In this document: positions 10,372-21,481 of the stretch, piece after piece
How the letters are laid out: each line of letters opens with the position of its first letter
Numbering within the stretch: the stretch's first letter is position 1
Assembly (NCBI GenBank): GCA_047602405.1
Contig: JASGHJ010000001.1
Coordinates: 448,001-512,000 of the forward strand
Reading direction: 5' to 3'
From: Anaeromyxobacteraceae bacterium
GTDB taxonomy: Bacteria; Myxococcota; Myxococcia; Myxococcales; Anaeromyxobacteraceae
DNA length: 64,000 bases
Made by a program: the position numbers and the translations under genes
The notes under the pieces: model-generated
The model's database searches: none
What the model was told of the DNA's origin: nothing
Seen by the model: only the letters and a program-made list of their open reading frames with translations

Positions 10372-12372
10372 CTAGGCCGCGGCCTTCGCCTTCCGGGTGG
10401 AGGCGATCCAGAGATACGCGCAGAGGCCCACGAACGCGAGCGTCGAGACGATCTGCGAGATCGCGTCGTCGTCGTAGAACGGGGTCTTCACCCAGCTCTC
10501 CTCGAAGCCGGGCACGAGCCGGAGCGCCGCGCCGAACACCCCGCCGAGCGCGCCGCCCGCCATGAGGCCGGAGGCGATGATGACGCCCTTCTCGCGCATC
10601 GACTGGCCGGCCTCGCCGCCGGCGCGGTCGGCCTTGCCCGTGATGAGGTGGTGGAAGACGCCGCCGACGAGGGCGGGGGTGTTGAGCTCGAGCGGGAGGT
10701 ACATGCCGAGCGCGAAGGTGAGCGCCGGGACCTTCAGCATCTCGAGCGCGACCGCGATGAACGCGCCGACCGCGAAGAGGAGGTAGGCGACGGGCTGCTG
10801 GCTCATGAAGCCCTCGACGAGCGCCTTCATGATGGACGCCTGCGGCGAGACGAGCACGGGCCTGAGGTCCCCCTCGACCGCCTCGCCGAACTGGAAGCTC
10901 ACGTTGAGGATGTGGATGGTGAGGCCGGCGGCGGCGGCGGCGACGAGCACGCCCAGGAACTTCCAGCGCTCCTGCTCGCGCGGCGTCGAGCCGAGCCAGT
11001 AGCCGGTCTTGAGATCGGTGATCGCCTGGCCGGAGACCGAGAGCGCGGTGCAGACCATGCCCGCCATGGCCATCACGAAGAACATGCCGGTGCGGCCGGA
11101 GAGGCCGAACTGCAGGAGCACCACCGACGAGATGATGATGGTCAGCATCGTCATGCCCGACACCGGGTTGCGGGCGGTGGTGGCGATGGCGTTCGCGGCG
11201 ACGGTCGTGAAGAAGAAGGAGAAGACGATGGTGAGGAGGAGCCCGATGACGAGCGTCGTCACGGAGCCGTCGAGCGTGCCGAGGAAGATGGCGACCCCGA
11301 GCGTCGAGACGACGACGCCGACGAGGATGGTCATCACCGAGATGTCGCGGTCGGTGCGCTCGAGGTGCGCCTCGCCGCCGGAGCGGAAGGCCTTCACCGC
11401 GATGCCGAAGGAGGAGGCGATGACCTTGAGCGACTTCAGGATGCCGAAGATGCCGGCGGTGGCGATGGCGCCGACGCCGATGAACCGGACGTAGCCGCGG
11501 AAGATCTGGTTCGCGGTCATGCCCGAGATCGGCGCGGTCGCGGGGTAGACCGCCTCGGGGACGTGCTGGCCGACGTACCAGATGATCGGCACGAGCACGA
11601 GGTTCGAGAGCACGCCGCCCGCGACGAGGATCATCGACGAGCGCAGGCCCATCACGTAGCCGAGGCCGAGGATGAAGCCGATGGCGTCGAAGCTGAGCGC
11701 CATCTTGGCCTTCTTCGCGAGCCCGTCCACGGCCGGCACGAAGCGGAAGTCGACGAACTCCTTCCAGACCTGGAAGGTCGTGACGAAGAAGTCGTAGACC
11801 GCGGCGATGCCGGTCGCCTGGAGGAGCAGCTTCGCCTGCGAGCCGCCCTTCTCGCCGGTGACGAGCACCTCGGTGATGGCGGTCGCCTCGGGGAACGGGA
11901 ACTCCCCGTGCGTCTCGCGCACGAAGTACCGGCGCAGCGGGATGAGGAACAGGATGCCGAGCGCGCCGCCGGCGAGGCAGATGAAGATGGTCTGCCAGGG
12001 GTGCGGGTCGAGCTTCAGGATGTACAGGGCGGGGAGCGTGAAGATGGCGCCCGCCACCACCGCGCCGGACATGCCGCCGATGCCGGTGATGATGACGTTC
12101 TCGACGATGGAGGAGCGCCGGGCGTAGACGCGGGCGAGGCCGATCGCGAGGATCGAGATCGGGATCGCCGCCTCCATCACCTGGCCGACCTTGAGGCCGG
12201 AGTAGGCCGAGGCGATCGTGAAGATCACGGTCAGGAAGACGCCCCACCCGATGGCCCGCGGCGTCGCCTCGGGCAGCGTGGCGCTCGCCGGCACGTAAGG
12301 CGCGTAGGTCTCGCCGGGCTTGAGCGGCCGGTAGGCGTTCTCGGGCAGCGACTTCGTGGCCGACTCGTCCAT
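10372..12372 (-). CDS. OPT-family oligopeptide transporter (copy 1)
   Basis: 666 aa, many TM segments; AYSGLKVG, FPEATA, NPVSGM, DLKTGYWLGSTP, GMYLP, ASGLMAG. Confidence 0.93.
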   Translation of the reverse strand: MDESATKSLPENAYRPLKPGETYAPYVPASATLPEATPRAIGWGVFLTVIFTIASAYSGLKVGQVMEAAIPISILAIGLARVYARRSSIVENVIITGIGGMSGAVVAGAIFTLPALYILKLDPHPWQTIFICLAGGALGILFLIPLRRYFVRETHGEFPFPEATAITEVLVTGEKGGSQAKLLLQATGIAAVYDFFVTTFQVWKEFVDFRFVPAVDGLAKKAKMALSFDAIGFILGLGYVMGLRSSMILVAGGVLSNLVLVPIIWYVGQHVPEAVYPATAPISGMTANQIFRGYVRFIGVGAIATAGIFGILKSLKVIASSFGIAVKAFRSGGEAHLERTDRDISVMTILVGVVVSTLGVAIFLGTLDGSVTTLVIGLLLTIVFSFFFTTVAANAIATTARNPVSGMTMLTIIISSVVLLQFGLSGRTGMFFVMAMAGMVCTALSVSGQAITDLKTGYWLGSTPREQERWKFLGVLVAAAAAGLTIHILNVSFQFGEAVEGDLRPVLVSPQASIMKALVEGFMSQQPVAYLLFAVGAFIAVALEMLKVPALTFALGMYLPLELNTPALVGGVFHHLITGKADRAGGEAGQSMREKGVIIASGLMAGGALGGVFGAALRLVPGFEESWVKTPFYDDDAISQIVSTLAFVGLCAYLWIASTRKAKAAA

Positions 12373-12463
12373 GGGCTGGCTTCCCTTCCGGGGTGCTGGG
12401 GAACTCGGGCGCGCAGTCTAGCCGCGGTGTAGGTTCAGCCCCAACGAAAAGGAGCCCGACACC

Positions 12464-13807
12464 ATGGCGCAGGAAGCCAAGCTCTCCCAGGTCACCGCCA
12501 CCGCCGTCCTCGGCATCGACACCCTGTGGGGCGGCGACGTCATGAATCCCTCCGGGACCGGCCGCTACATCGCGGACTCCTGGTACTCCGACGAGCCGCT
12601 CCCCGTCGCCTACACCCACCCCGCGGCCGTCCGGCTGCGCGAGACCGGCGGCGTCTCGGCGAAGCAGCCCGACGCGGCGGCCATCGACGCGTACCTCGCG
12701 GCGGTCGACGTGCGCGGCGCGATCGCGGAGCTGACCCAGGCCGGGAAGAGCATGGGCGGCCTGCGCGGCGCCTACCTCCAGGCCCAGGGCGAGAGCCTGG
12801 GGGTCATCTTCGAGCTCGTGCTCGAGCTCCTGCACCGCGGCCCCGAGGTGCCCTACGAGTGCGCCGTGATGGCCTGCACCGGCACGCCGCCGGAGCCGTC
12901 CGATCCGAAGGAGAAGCGGGAGCTGTTGCGCGCGCTCCTCGCGAAGGCCGGGTACGAGACCGGCACGCCCGCGAAGCTGCTCGCCGCGGTGGACGCGTGG
13001 CGGAAGGACCGCCTCGTCCCGCGGAAGTCGATCCCGCAGCTCGCCGACGCGTACATCGCGCTCCTCGAGGAGGGGACGCGCAAGCACGTCGTGCCGTACC
13101 TCCCCGCCTCGCTCCACCACGTCCCCCGCGCCAACATCCAGTTCCTCCCCATCGAGAACGCCTGGTTCTCGGGCTCGATGAACTACGTGGGCCGCGCCCG
13201 GAACCCGGACGGCTCGCCGAGGTACGAGGCGACCTACGAGCTCAACGCCGCGCTCGAGATCTCGGTGCCGGAGTTCGCGCAGCTCGTGTCGCACGAGGTC
13301 GTGCCCGGCCACGTCACGAACTTCGCGCTCGCGCAGGGGCTCTACGTGCAGGGCAAGCTCGGCTTCGAGGGGACCGTGCTCACGATGAGCACGCGCGGGG
13401 CCGCGCTCTCGGAGGGGCTCGCCAACAACGCGATGCTGATGGCGATGGGCGTGAAGGAGGTCCACGAGCTCGGCGACCCGGATCTCCAGGCCGGGATGAT
13501 CCTCGCGCTCCTGCAGGACGACGCGAAGAACCAGTCGTCGTGGCTGACCTGGCGCGAGAAGCGCCCGCAGGGCGAGGTCGCGGCCGTGCTCCGGAACGAG
13601 TACCTGTGCTCCGAGGAGCGGGCCGACAAGCTCTCCGGCGCCTGGGGCCGGCACCCCTTGAACGGCCGCATGTACCTGCCCGCCTACCGCGCAGGCACCG
13701 AGAAGGTGGCCGCCCTCCGCCGGAAGTACCCTGCGGAGAAGGTGATCCCGGCGCTCTACAACGTGCTCGGCCTGGTCGACGTGGTGACGATCGAGCGGGT
13801 TCTCTAG
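12464..13807 (+). CDS. Hypothetical protein, DUF885-like zinc metallopeptidase
   Basis: AAGGAG RBS, strong GC3 codon bias; HEVVPGH motif and downstream SEG resembling DUF885 HExxPGH...EG. Confidence 0.65.
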   Translation: MAQEAKLSQVTATAVLGIDTLWGGDVMNPSGTGRYIADSWYSDEPLPVAYTHPAAVRLRETGGVSAKQPDAAAIDAYLAAVDVRGAIAELTQAGKSMGGLRGAYLQAQGESLGVIFELVLELLHRGPEVPYECAVMACTGTPPEPSDPKEKRELLRALLAKAGYETGTPAKLLAAVDAWRKDRLVPRKSIPQLADAYIALLEEGTRKHVVPYLPASLHHVPRANIQFLPIENAWFSGSMNYVGRARNPDGSPRYEATYELNAALEISVPEFAQLVSHEVVPGHVTNFALAQGLYVQGKLGFEGTVLTMSTRGAALSEGLANNAMLMAMGVKEVHELGDPDLQAGMILALLQDDAKNQSSWLTWREKRPQGEVAAVLRNEYLCSEERADKLSGAWGRHPLNGRMYLPAYRAGTEKVAALRRKYPAEKVIPALYNVLGLVDVVTIERVL

Positions 13808-13880
13808 AGCCCCTGCGCGGTTCGGCCGCGCCCCGGATCGGGGTCTTCTCTTGCTGGATGGGCAGCGGGACCCTCTCCTC

Positions 13881-14240
13881 ATGGCCCCCGTCCTCCGTGC
13901 GCTCGTCGCCGCCCTGGTGCTCCTCCCGGTGAGCGCGGCCGCCCAGGCGGCCGCGACCCGGGCCCCGCGTCCCTCCCACCTCGAGCTCCAGGCGCCCTCG
14001 GTGCCGGTGGTGCCCACCGAGCGCCCCGCGGACGCGGCGGGCGACGCCGCCGCCGCCGAGGCGGTGTCGCGCCGCTTCGATCCGACGGGCGAGGACGGCG
14101 CGATCGCGACGGCGCCGGTCGCCGCGCGCGGTCCGGTGGTGGTGATCGTGTTCCGGCCGGCGCGCATCGAGGGCGAGACGCGGAACGCGCCGCCCGCGCA
14201 GCCGGTGTTCGTGGGCCTCACCGTGACCGCGGGGAAGTGA
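13881..14240 (+). CDS. Small hypothetical secreted protein
   Basis: Signal-like MAPVLRALVAALVLLPVSAAA; fills the intergenic space. Confidence 0.5.
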   Translation: MAPVLRALVAALVLLPVSAAAQAAATRAPRPSHLELQAPSVPVVPTERPADAAGDAAAAEAVSRRFDPTGEDGAIATAPVAARGPVVVIVFRPARIEGETRNAPPAQPVFVGLTVTAGK

Positions 14241-14261
14241 CCGGCGCCCCGCGGCACCCGG

Positions 14262-14747
14262 TCAGCGCGCCACCGCCGGCTCGACCGGACACCGGCGCCA
14301 GGTGAAGCGCTGCTCCTTCTTCCCGTCGGCGCCCGCGTCGACGCTGGCGGTGAGCCTGTCCTCGTCCACGCGCTCGTAGCGGATGCGCTTCGGGAAGTCG
14401 TGGGCCGGGTTCGCGAACAGCACGAAGCGCGGCCCGTGCGACGCGAGCAGGAAGCGCACCGGCGGGCGGCCCTGGGGCTGCGCGACGTAGGCGGTCCTGC
14501 CCGGCGCGAGCTCGATGCGCAGGAACTCGAAGGAGGTCGGGCGCCCGGGCCGGACGTCGCGGTGCATGCCCAGGAGGAGCGCGCCGCGCGGCGCGAGCCA
14601 CACCTCCTCCTCGGTCGCGCCGTCCGAGCCGCCGCACCAGCTCCCCTGCATGAAGGAGAGGTCCGGGACCTCCGGCGCAGGGACCTTCGGGGCCTCGCCC
14701 ATGGCGAGGAGCGTCACGCCCACGATCCAGGTGGTGGAGAGGGCCAT
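14262..14747 (-). CDS. DUF6265-like secreted protein
   Basis: ATG 14747 after AAGGGG; LSFMQGSW, EEVW, FEFLRI, YVAQPQG, FANPAHDFPKRIRY. Confidence 0.75.
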   Translation of the reverse strand: MALSTTWIVGVTLLAMGEAPKVPAPEVPDLSFMQGSWCGGSDGATEEEVWLAPRGALLLGMHRDVRPGRPTSFEFLRIELAPGRTAYVAQPQGRPPVRFLLASHGPRFVLFANPAHDFPKRIRYERVDEDRLTASVDAGADGKKEQRFTWRRCPVEPAVAR

Positions 14748-14757
14748 CCCCTTCTTC

Positions 14758-16846
14758 TTAGGCGGCCGGGTCCTTCGCCGCCCGCTTCGACGCGACGTAC
14801 ACGAACGCGGAGAGCGCCGCGAACGCGAGGAGGCCGGTCCAGTTGCCCCAGGCCTCGAGCGTCTGGCCGAGGCCGCCGCCCTCGACACCGCCGCCGAGCT
14901 TCGTGAGGTCCGGCGTGAGGACGTGCCCGGTCTTGTCCTCGAGGAACTTGAGGAGGGCCGCGAAGACGCCGACGAGCGCGCCGCCGGCGATGAAGCCGGA
15001 CGCGATGAGCGTGCCGCGCTCGTGGCGCGCGGCGCCGACCTTCTCGTCCTTCGAGGAGCGCTTCACGAGCCACGCCACGCCGGCGCCGACCACGAGCGGC
15101 GAGTTGAGGTCCATCGGCAGGTACATGCCGAGCGCGAGCGCGAGGCCGGAGACGCCGCAGAGCTCGGCGGCGACCGCGAACACCGCGCCGATGGCGTAGA
15201 GGAACCAGGGCGCGCCGCCCGAGCCCATCACGCCGGTGAGCACGGCCGCCATGGCGTTCGGCTGCGGGGCGGGCATCACCGACCCGGGGCCGAAGCCGTA
15301 CACCTTCGCCATGAGGTAGATGACCGCGGTCGTCGCGGCGGAGGCGATGACCGAGCCCACGAGGTTGCCGAGCTCGAATCCGGCGCGGCGTCGCGCCGAG
15401 CCAGTAGCCGATCTTGTACTGGGTGACGAGCGAGCCCGACATCGAGAGCGCCGTGCAGACGACGCCGCCGATGAGGAGCGTCTGGAGCATGCCGCTCTCG
15501 CCCTTGAGGCCGAGCGACGAGAGCACGACCGCGGTGATGATGAGGGTCGTGAGCGTCATGCCCGAGATGGGCGTGATGGAGATCATCGCGATGGCCCAGG
15601 CCGAGACCGCCGCGAACAGGAACGAGACGCCGAGGGTGAGGCCGGTCGAGAGGAGCGCGAGGCTCGTCGCCCGCTCCTCGCCCGCGAGCACCGAGAAGCG
15701 GAAGTAGAGGAAGACGACGACGCCGGTGCCGAGGATGCCGAGGAGCACGCTCGACATGTTGAGCGAGCGGTCGGTGCGCTCGCTCGAGGTCACGATCCCG
15801 CCCTTCGCGAGCCGCGCGACCTCGCCCACCGCGAGCCGCACCGCCTGCACGATGACCGGCGACATCTTGAGGATCGAGATGATGCCGGCCGCGAAGATGC
15901 CGCCGATGCCGATGGGGCGCGCGTAGGTCGTGAAGAGCGCGGCCGCGTCCATCTTCGAGATGAGCTCGGTGCCCGGCGGGATGACGGTCGCGATGTGCGG
16001 CCCGAGCCAGGCGAAGAGCGGGATCAGGACGAAGTAGGAGAGGAAGGAGCCGGCGAGGATGATGGCCGCGTAGTCGACGCCCATGATGTAGCCGAGGCCG
16101 AAGATGGCCGCGGTCGTGTTCATGGTGAAGACCGCCTTCACCTTGTCGGTGAAGCCCTGGAGCGCGCCGATGGCGGCGGTGGAGAAGGTGTCCGACCAGG
16201 CCCGCATCGACGGGCCCACGAAGTCGAACACCGCCGCGAGGCCGGCGGACCAGGCGAGCACCGTCGCGCTCTCGCCGCCCTTGTTGCCGGCGACGAGGAT
16301 CTCGGTCGTGGCGCGGCCCTCCGGGAACGGGAGCTTCCCGTGGAGGTCGTGCGTGAAGTAGCGGCGGAAGGGCGCGAGCAGGAACACGCCGAGGACCGCG
16401 CCGAGGAGCGGGACGAGGAAGATCTGCCAGGGCGAGGACCGCCCCTCGAGGCCGAGGATGAAGACCGCCGGCATCGTGAAGACCGAGCCGCCGGCGACGA
16501 TGCCGGAGGTGGCGCCGATGGCGAGCACGTTCACGTTCTCGAGCATCGTGGAGGCCCGGCGGGCCATCGTGCGGGCGATGACCGCCGAGAGGCCGACCGC
16601 GAGGATCGAGATGGGGATCGCCGACTCGATGCCCTGCCCGAGCTTCAGCGCGATGTAGGTCGCCGCGGCGGAGAACACGACCGACCAGAGGACGCCCTGG
16701 GCGATCGAGCGGAGCGTCACCTCCGGCGGCGCCGCGGTCGCCGGCACCGCCGGCTGGTACGTCTCGCCGGGCGCGAGCTCCCGGAAGGCGTTCTCGGGGA
16801 GCCCCTCGGGCGGAGCGGGGGGCGCGGCGGTCTCGGGCTGGGTCAT
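14758..16846 (-). pseudogene. OPT-family oligopeptide transporter (copy 2), +1 frameshift near 15378 (probably sequencing error)
   Basis: N-part LPENAFREL...FPEG...TPISGM...GYWLGATPRRI; removing one base gives IELGNLVGSVI joined to ORF 14758..15360 (GMYLP, ASGFIAG). Confidence 0.88.
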
Positions 16847-16947
16847 GCGGGGCGGCAAGATAGCCCGAAGGTCCGGTGGCCGGTACATGGTCGCCGTCCC
16901 GCGTGGCCGCTTGCCGTGCGGACTGCACGCCTGTATAGGCTCGTTCC

Positions 16948-18145
16948 GTGGATTCCCTCTCGCGCTCCGAGGCCCGCAGGCTCGCGCTCGCCGCCCAGGG
17001 CCTCGCCGCCCGCGCCGCACCGCGTCGCGTCAACGTCGGCGACGTGGCCGGCGTCGTCCGCGCGCTCGGCCTCGTGCAGATCGACTCGATCCAGCGGGTC
17101 GCGCGGAGCCACTACCTCCCGATCTTCTCGCGCCTCGGGCCCTACGACCGCGCGCTCCTCGACCGGGCCGCCTCCGAGGCGCCCCGGCGGATCGTGGAGT
17201 CGTGGGCGCACGTGGCCTCCTTCATCCCCGTGGAGCTGCACCCGCTGCTGCGCTGGCGCGGCGAGAACTGGGAGCGCGAGGCCTGGGGCGGGTCGCTGCG
17301 GCTCGCGAAGAAGCGGCCGGGCTTCGTCGAGGAGGTGCACGCGCTCGTCGCGAAGCACGGCCCGGTGACCGCGCGCGAGCTCGAGAAGCTCGTCGAGGGC
17401 GGCGCCCGGCGCGGGAAGGAAGGACTGGGGCTGGAACTGGTCGGACGCGAAGCGCGCGGTGGCGATCCTGTTCTGGTCGGGCCGGGTGGTCTCGGCAGGG
17501 CGCACCACGCAGTTCGAGCAGCGCTACGACCTCGTCGAGCGCGTCGTCCCGTCCGAGCACCACCCCGCCGCGCCCCCGCCGCGCCAGGAGGCGATCCGCG
17601 CGCTCGTCGCGCGCTCGGCCCGGGCGCTCGGCGTCGCGACCGCCGGGTGCCTGCGCGACTACTACCGGCTCCCGCTCGCGGACCTCCGGGCGGCGATCCC
17701 CGCCCTCGAGGAGGCCGGCGTGCTCGTGCCGGTGAAGGTCGAGGGGCTCGCGAAGCCGGCCTGGCGCCACCGGGACGCGCGGCTGCCCCGCGCCGCGACC
17801 GGCCGCGCGCTCCTCTCCCCCTTCGACTCGCTCGTCTTCGAGCGCAAGCGCACCGAGGCCTTCTTCGACTTCCGCTTCCGCCTCGAGGTCTACACGCCGG
17901 CGAGGAAGCGCGAGCACGGGTACTACGTGCTGCCGTTCCTGCTCGGCGACCGGCTCGTGGCCCGGGTGGACCTCGAGGCCGATCGCGCGGCGTCGCGCCT
18001 GAGGGTCCACGCCGCGTTCCTCGAGCCGGGCGCGCCGCGGGAGACCGCGGGCGAGCTCGGGGAGGCGCTCGGCGAGCTCGCCGGATGGCTCGGGCTCGAG
18101 CATGTGGCCGTGGGACGCAGGGCCGCCGCCGGCCTCGCGCGCTAG
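16948..18145 (+). pseudogene. ycaQ: YcaQ/AlkZ-family (HTH_42) DNA crosslink glycosylase, +1 frameshift near 17419
   Basis: EARRLALAAQG, VQIDSI, RSHY..FSRLG; second frame has LLSPFDSL, LEVYTP..KR.HGYYVLP; removing one G gives KKDWGWNWS. Confidence 0.87.
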
Positions 18146-18155
18146 GCTCGCGCCC

Positions 18156-18794
18156 ATGAGGGAGGACCCGGGGCGAGGCTACTGGGAGCGGAACGCGACG
18201 CGCTACGACCGCTCGATGGTGCTCCTCGGCGGCCCGATGCCTCGAACGCTCGAGCTCGTGGCGGAGGCGGTGCGGGGGGCCGGCGAGGTCCTCGAGGTCG
18301 CGGCCGGCACGGGGCTCGTCACCGAGGTCATCGCGCGCTGCACCGCCCACGTCACCGCCACGGACTACGCGCCGGCGATGGTGGAGCAGCTGCGGCGGCG
18401 TGTCGAGGCGGGTCGGCTCACGAACGTCAGCTGCCGCGTCGCTGACCTGTACGCGCTGGATCTCACGCCCGGCTCGGTCGACGCGGTCGTGGCCGCGAAC
18501 GTGCTTCACCTCGTCCCGGACCTCGATGGCGCGCTCGCCGCGCTGGCACGGGTGCTCCGGCCGGGCGGACTCCTCGTCGCGCCGACCTACGCCCACGACG
18601 AGACGCTCGGGGCCCGGGTCGTCTCGAGGGTCCTCGGCGCGCTCGCCGGCTTCCCCGGCCAGCGGCGCTTCACGCGCGCGACGCTCGCGGCAGCCCTGGA
18701 GCGGGCCGGCTTCTCCGTCGAGCGGCTCGAGGTCGTGCCGGGGTTGATCCCGATCGTGTTCGCGGCCGGGCGAAAGGCCGCGCACGAGCGGTGA
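18156..18794 (+). CDS. Class I SAM-dependent methyltransferase
   Basis: VLEVAAGTG, ATDYAPAM, ANVLHLV, RVLRPGG. Confidence 0.9.
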   Translation: MREDPGRGYWERNATRYDRSMVLLGGPMPRTLELVAEAVRGAGEVLEVAAGTGLVTEVIARCTAHVTATDYAPAMVEQLRRRVEAGRLTNVSCRVADLYALDLTPGSVDAVVAANVLHLVPDLDGALAALARVLRPGGLLVAPTYAHDETLGARVVSRVLGALAGFPGQRRFTRATLAAALERAGFSVERLEVVPGLIPIVFAAGRKAAHER

Positions 18795-18956
18795 GCGATC
18801 ATCGTCCGCCTACCCGCCCCCAGCGCGAGCACGTGCCACGCCCCGAAAGTTACGCCACTGGTGGAGGGGCTCACGGATTCCGGGTTCACTCCTCGGCAGG
18901 AGCGCGGTCGCGACGGCCTCCTCCTCCGTGCTTCCGCGACGGTCGACCTCCCGCCG

Positions 18957-20255
18957 TCAGCGCCCCAGCGCCCGGATCAGCGACGCCCGCGCGGTGGCCA
19001 GGTTGAACCGCGCCTGGACCTCCTGCGCCGCCGCGGTCGTCTCGGCGACCTGCGCGTCGTTGAGCTCGATGCCGCTGCCGAGGCCGTTCTGGTAGCGCGC
19101 GTCGGCGAGCCGGAGGCGCTCCTTCGCGTTCGCGAGGGCCTCGCCGGTCGCCTCGAGCGACGCCCGGGCGGCCTGCACCGACAGCCACGCCTGCTCGACC
19201 CCGAGCCGCACCGCGAGCTTCACCGACTCCGCCTGGGCGTCCAGGACCTCGAGGTTCGCCGAGGCCTCGCGCACCTGCGCGGCGGTCCGCCCGCCCTGGA
19301 AGAGCGGCCAGGTGAGCACGAGCCCGGCGTTCCAGGACTCCCGGGTGCTGGAGAGGTCCGGGCCGGCCTGGCCGATCTTGCCGGTGGCGTCGAGCGTGGG
19401 CGCGAAGCCCGACCAGCTCGAGCGCAGCGAGGCGGCCGAGGCGTCGCGCTGGCGCGCGAGCGCGGCCAGGTCGGCGCGGCGGGAGAGCGCCTCGTTCACG
19501 AGGGCGTCGAGCGCGGCGTCCTCGCCCGCCACCGCGGGGAACTCGATGGGCGCGAGCGCGTAGTCGGTCGCGCCGACGACGCCCATGGCCTGGTTGAGGC
19601 GGGCGAGCGCGGTCGCGTAGTCGTTGCGGGCGGTGATGAGCTGGACCTGCGCGGACGCCCGGTCGGCGCGGGCCTGGGCGAGGTCGATCTCCGGGCGGGT
19701 GCCGACCTCGACGAAGCCCTTCACCTGCTCGAGGTGGGCCTCGCGGTTCTGGAGCGTCTCCCTCGCGACCTCGACGAGGTCGCGGGCCGCCGCGGCGGAG
19801 AACCAGGCGGTGCGGACGCCGAGCACGACCGCCTCGAGGGTGTCCTTCTCGGACTCCTCCTGCGCGCTCGCCGAGGCGCTCGCGGCCGAGCGGGAGAAGA
19901 AGGCGCCGAGGTCGACGAGGGGCTGCGTGCCGGTCAGGCCGTAGGACCAGGTGGTGGCGGCGCCGAGCCCCTCCCCGCCGGCCCGCACCACGCTGCCGTT
20001 CCCGGTGATCTGCGGGAGGAGGTTGCTCGTCGACTGGCCGAGGCGGGCCCGCGCGGCGCGGCTCTGGGCGCGGGCGGCGCGCAGCTCGGGCTGGTGCGCG
20101 AGCGCGAGCGACTCGGCGTCGGGGAGCGAGAGGGGCGCGTCCGAGCCGGTGGGGTTCTTGACCGCCCGGGCGGGGAGCGCCGCCGCGAGGGCGAGGAGGG
20201 CGACGAGGAGCCGCGACATGCGAGGCCTGTCCATGGCGGGGAGATGGGCGGTCAT
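18957..20255 (-). CDS. TolC-family outer membrane efflux protein
   Basis: Signal peptide; two OEP repeats (TWPLFQGG, ARYQNG); last gene of the exporter operon. Confidence 0.9.
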   Translation of the reverse strand: MTAHLPAMDRPRMSRLLVALLALAAALPARAVKNPTGSDAPLSLPDAESLALAHQPELRAARAQSRAARARLGQSTSNLLPQITGNGSVVRAGGEGLGAATTWSYGLTGTQPLVDLGAFFSRSAASASASAQEESEKDTLEAVVLGVRTAWFSAAAARDLVEVARETLQNREAHLEQVKGFVEVGTRPEIDLAQARADRASAQVQLITARNDYATALARLNQAMGVVGATDYALAPIEFPAVAGEDAALDALVNEALSRRADLAALARQRDASAASLRSSWSGFAPTLDATGKIGQAGPDLSSTRESWNAGLVLTWPLFQGGRTAAQVREASANLEVLDAQAESVKLAVRLGVEQAWLSVQAARASLEATGEALANAKERLRLADARYQNGLGSGIELNDAQVAETTAAAQEVQARFNLATARASLIRALGR

Positions 20256-21481
20256 TCGAAGCGGAGCGCGGTGATGGGGTCGAGGCGGCTCGCCTTGAGC
20301 GCCGGGTAGAAGCCGAAGCCGATGCCGACGAGCGCGGAGAAGGCGACCGCGACGAGGATGATGTCCGGGCGGACCAGCATCGACCAGCCGAAGGCGGACG
20401 CGAGCCAGGTGCCGGCGCCGACGCCGAGCGCGACGCCGATGAGCCCGCCGCCGACGGAGAGCGTGAGCGCCTCGACGAGGAACTGCAGCTGGATGTCGCG
20501 CGCCCGCGCGCCGACGGCCATGCGGACGCCGATCTCGCGGGTCCGCTCGGTCACCGACACGAGCATGATGTTCATGATCCCGATGCCGCCCACGAAGAGC
20601 GACACGGCGGCGATGGCCATGAGGAGCGTGGTGATGGTGCGGGTGCCCTCGGCCTGCGCGGACGCGACCTCGGAGAGGTTGCGGATCTGGAAGTCGTCCT
20701 CGGCGTCGAGCCCGAGCTTGTGCCGGTCGCGGAGCAGCGAGCGGAGCTGGCTCTGCGCGCGCCCGGTGGCCTCCGCCGACACCGCCGAGACCGCGATCTG
20801 GCCGGCGATGACCTTCTTCAGGCCGCCCTGGATCTTCTGCTGGAAGGTGGTGACGGGGATGAGGACGATGTCGTCCTGGTCCTGGCCGAAGGGCGACTGG
20901 CCCTTCTTGTCGAGCAGGCCGACGACGTTGAACGGGACGTTCTTGATCCGGATGACCCGGCCGATGGGGTCGGCGCCGACGCCGAAGAGCTTCTCGGCCA
21001 CGGTCTGCCCGAGCAGCGCCACCTTCGTGCCGCCGTCCACGTCGGACTGGGTGAAGAAGGTGCCGGAGGTGACCGGCCAGTTGCGGACCGACACGAACTC
21101 GGGCGTCGTGCCCTGCACCGAGGTGCCCCAGTTCAGCTCCTCGGCGGTGAGCTGCGCGCTCGTGCGGAGGATGGGCGCGGCGTACTTCACCGCCGACAGC
21201 TCGGTCTGGATCGCCCGGAGGTCGTCCCAGGTGAGCGTGGGCAGGGAGCCGAAGCCGCCCATCGCGCCGCCGCCCTGCGAGGAGCCGTTCAGCACCATGA
21301 GCATGTTCGAGCCCATGGCGGCGAATGTCTGCTCGACCCGGGCCTTCGCGCCGTCGCCGATGGCGACCATCGCGATGACCGCCCCGGTGCCGATGACGAC
21401 GCCGAGGCCGGTGAGGAAGGAGCGCAGCTTGTTGCGGGCGAGCGCGCGGAGCGCCACCCGGAGCGTCACGAGCCAGCTCAT
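20252..21481 (-). CDS. MacB-like ABC transporter permease
   Basis: RNKLRSFLT, VGGIGIMNIMLVSVTERTREIG, PALKASRLDPI. Confidence 0.95.
   Translation of the reverse strand: MSWLVTLRVALRALARNKLRSFLTGLGVVIGTGAVIAMVAIGDGAKARVEQTFAAMGSNMLMVLNGSSQGGGAMGGFGSLPTLTWDDLRAIQTELSAVKYAAPILRTSAQLTAEELNWGTSVQGTTPEFVSVRNWPVTSGTFFTQSDVDGGTKVALLGQTVAEKLFGVGADPIGRVIRIKNVPFNVVGLLDKKGQSPFGQDQDDIVLIPVTTFQQKIQGGLKKVIAGQIAVSAVSAEATGRAQSQLRSLLRDRHKLGLDAEDDFQIRNLSEVASAQAEGTRTITTLLMAIAAVSLFVGGIGIMNIMLVSVTERTREIGVRMAVGARARDIQLQFLVEALTLSVGGGLIGVALGVGAGTWLASAFGWSMLVRPDIILVAVAFSALVGIGFGFYPALKASRLDPITALRFE

Noticed and set aside
18795..18956. Intergenic stretch with weak stems and short ORFs
   Set aside because: No recognisable RNA motif or coding bias.
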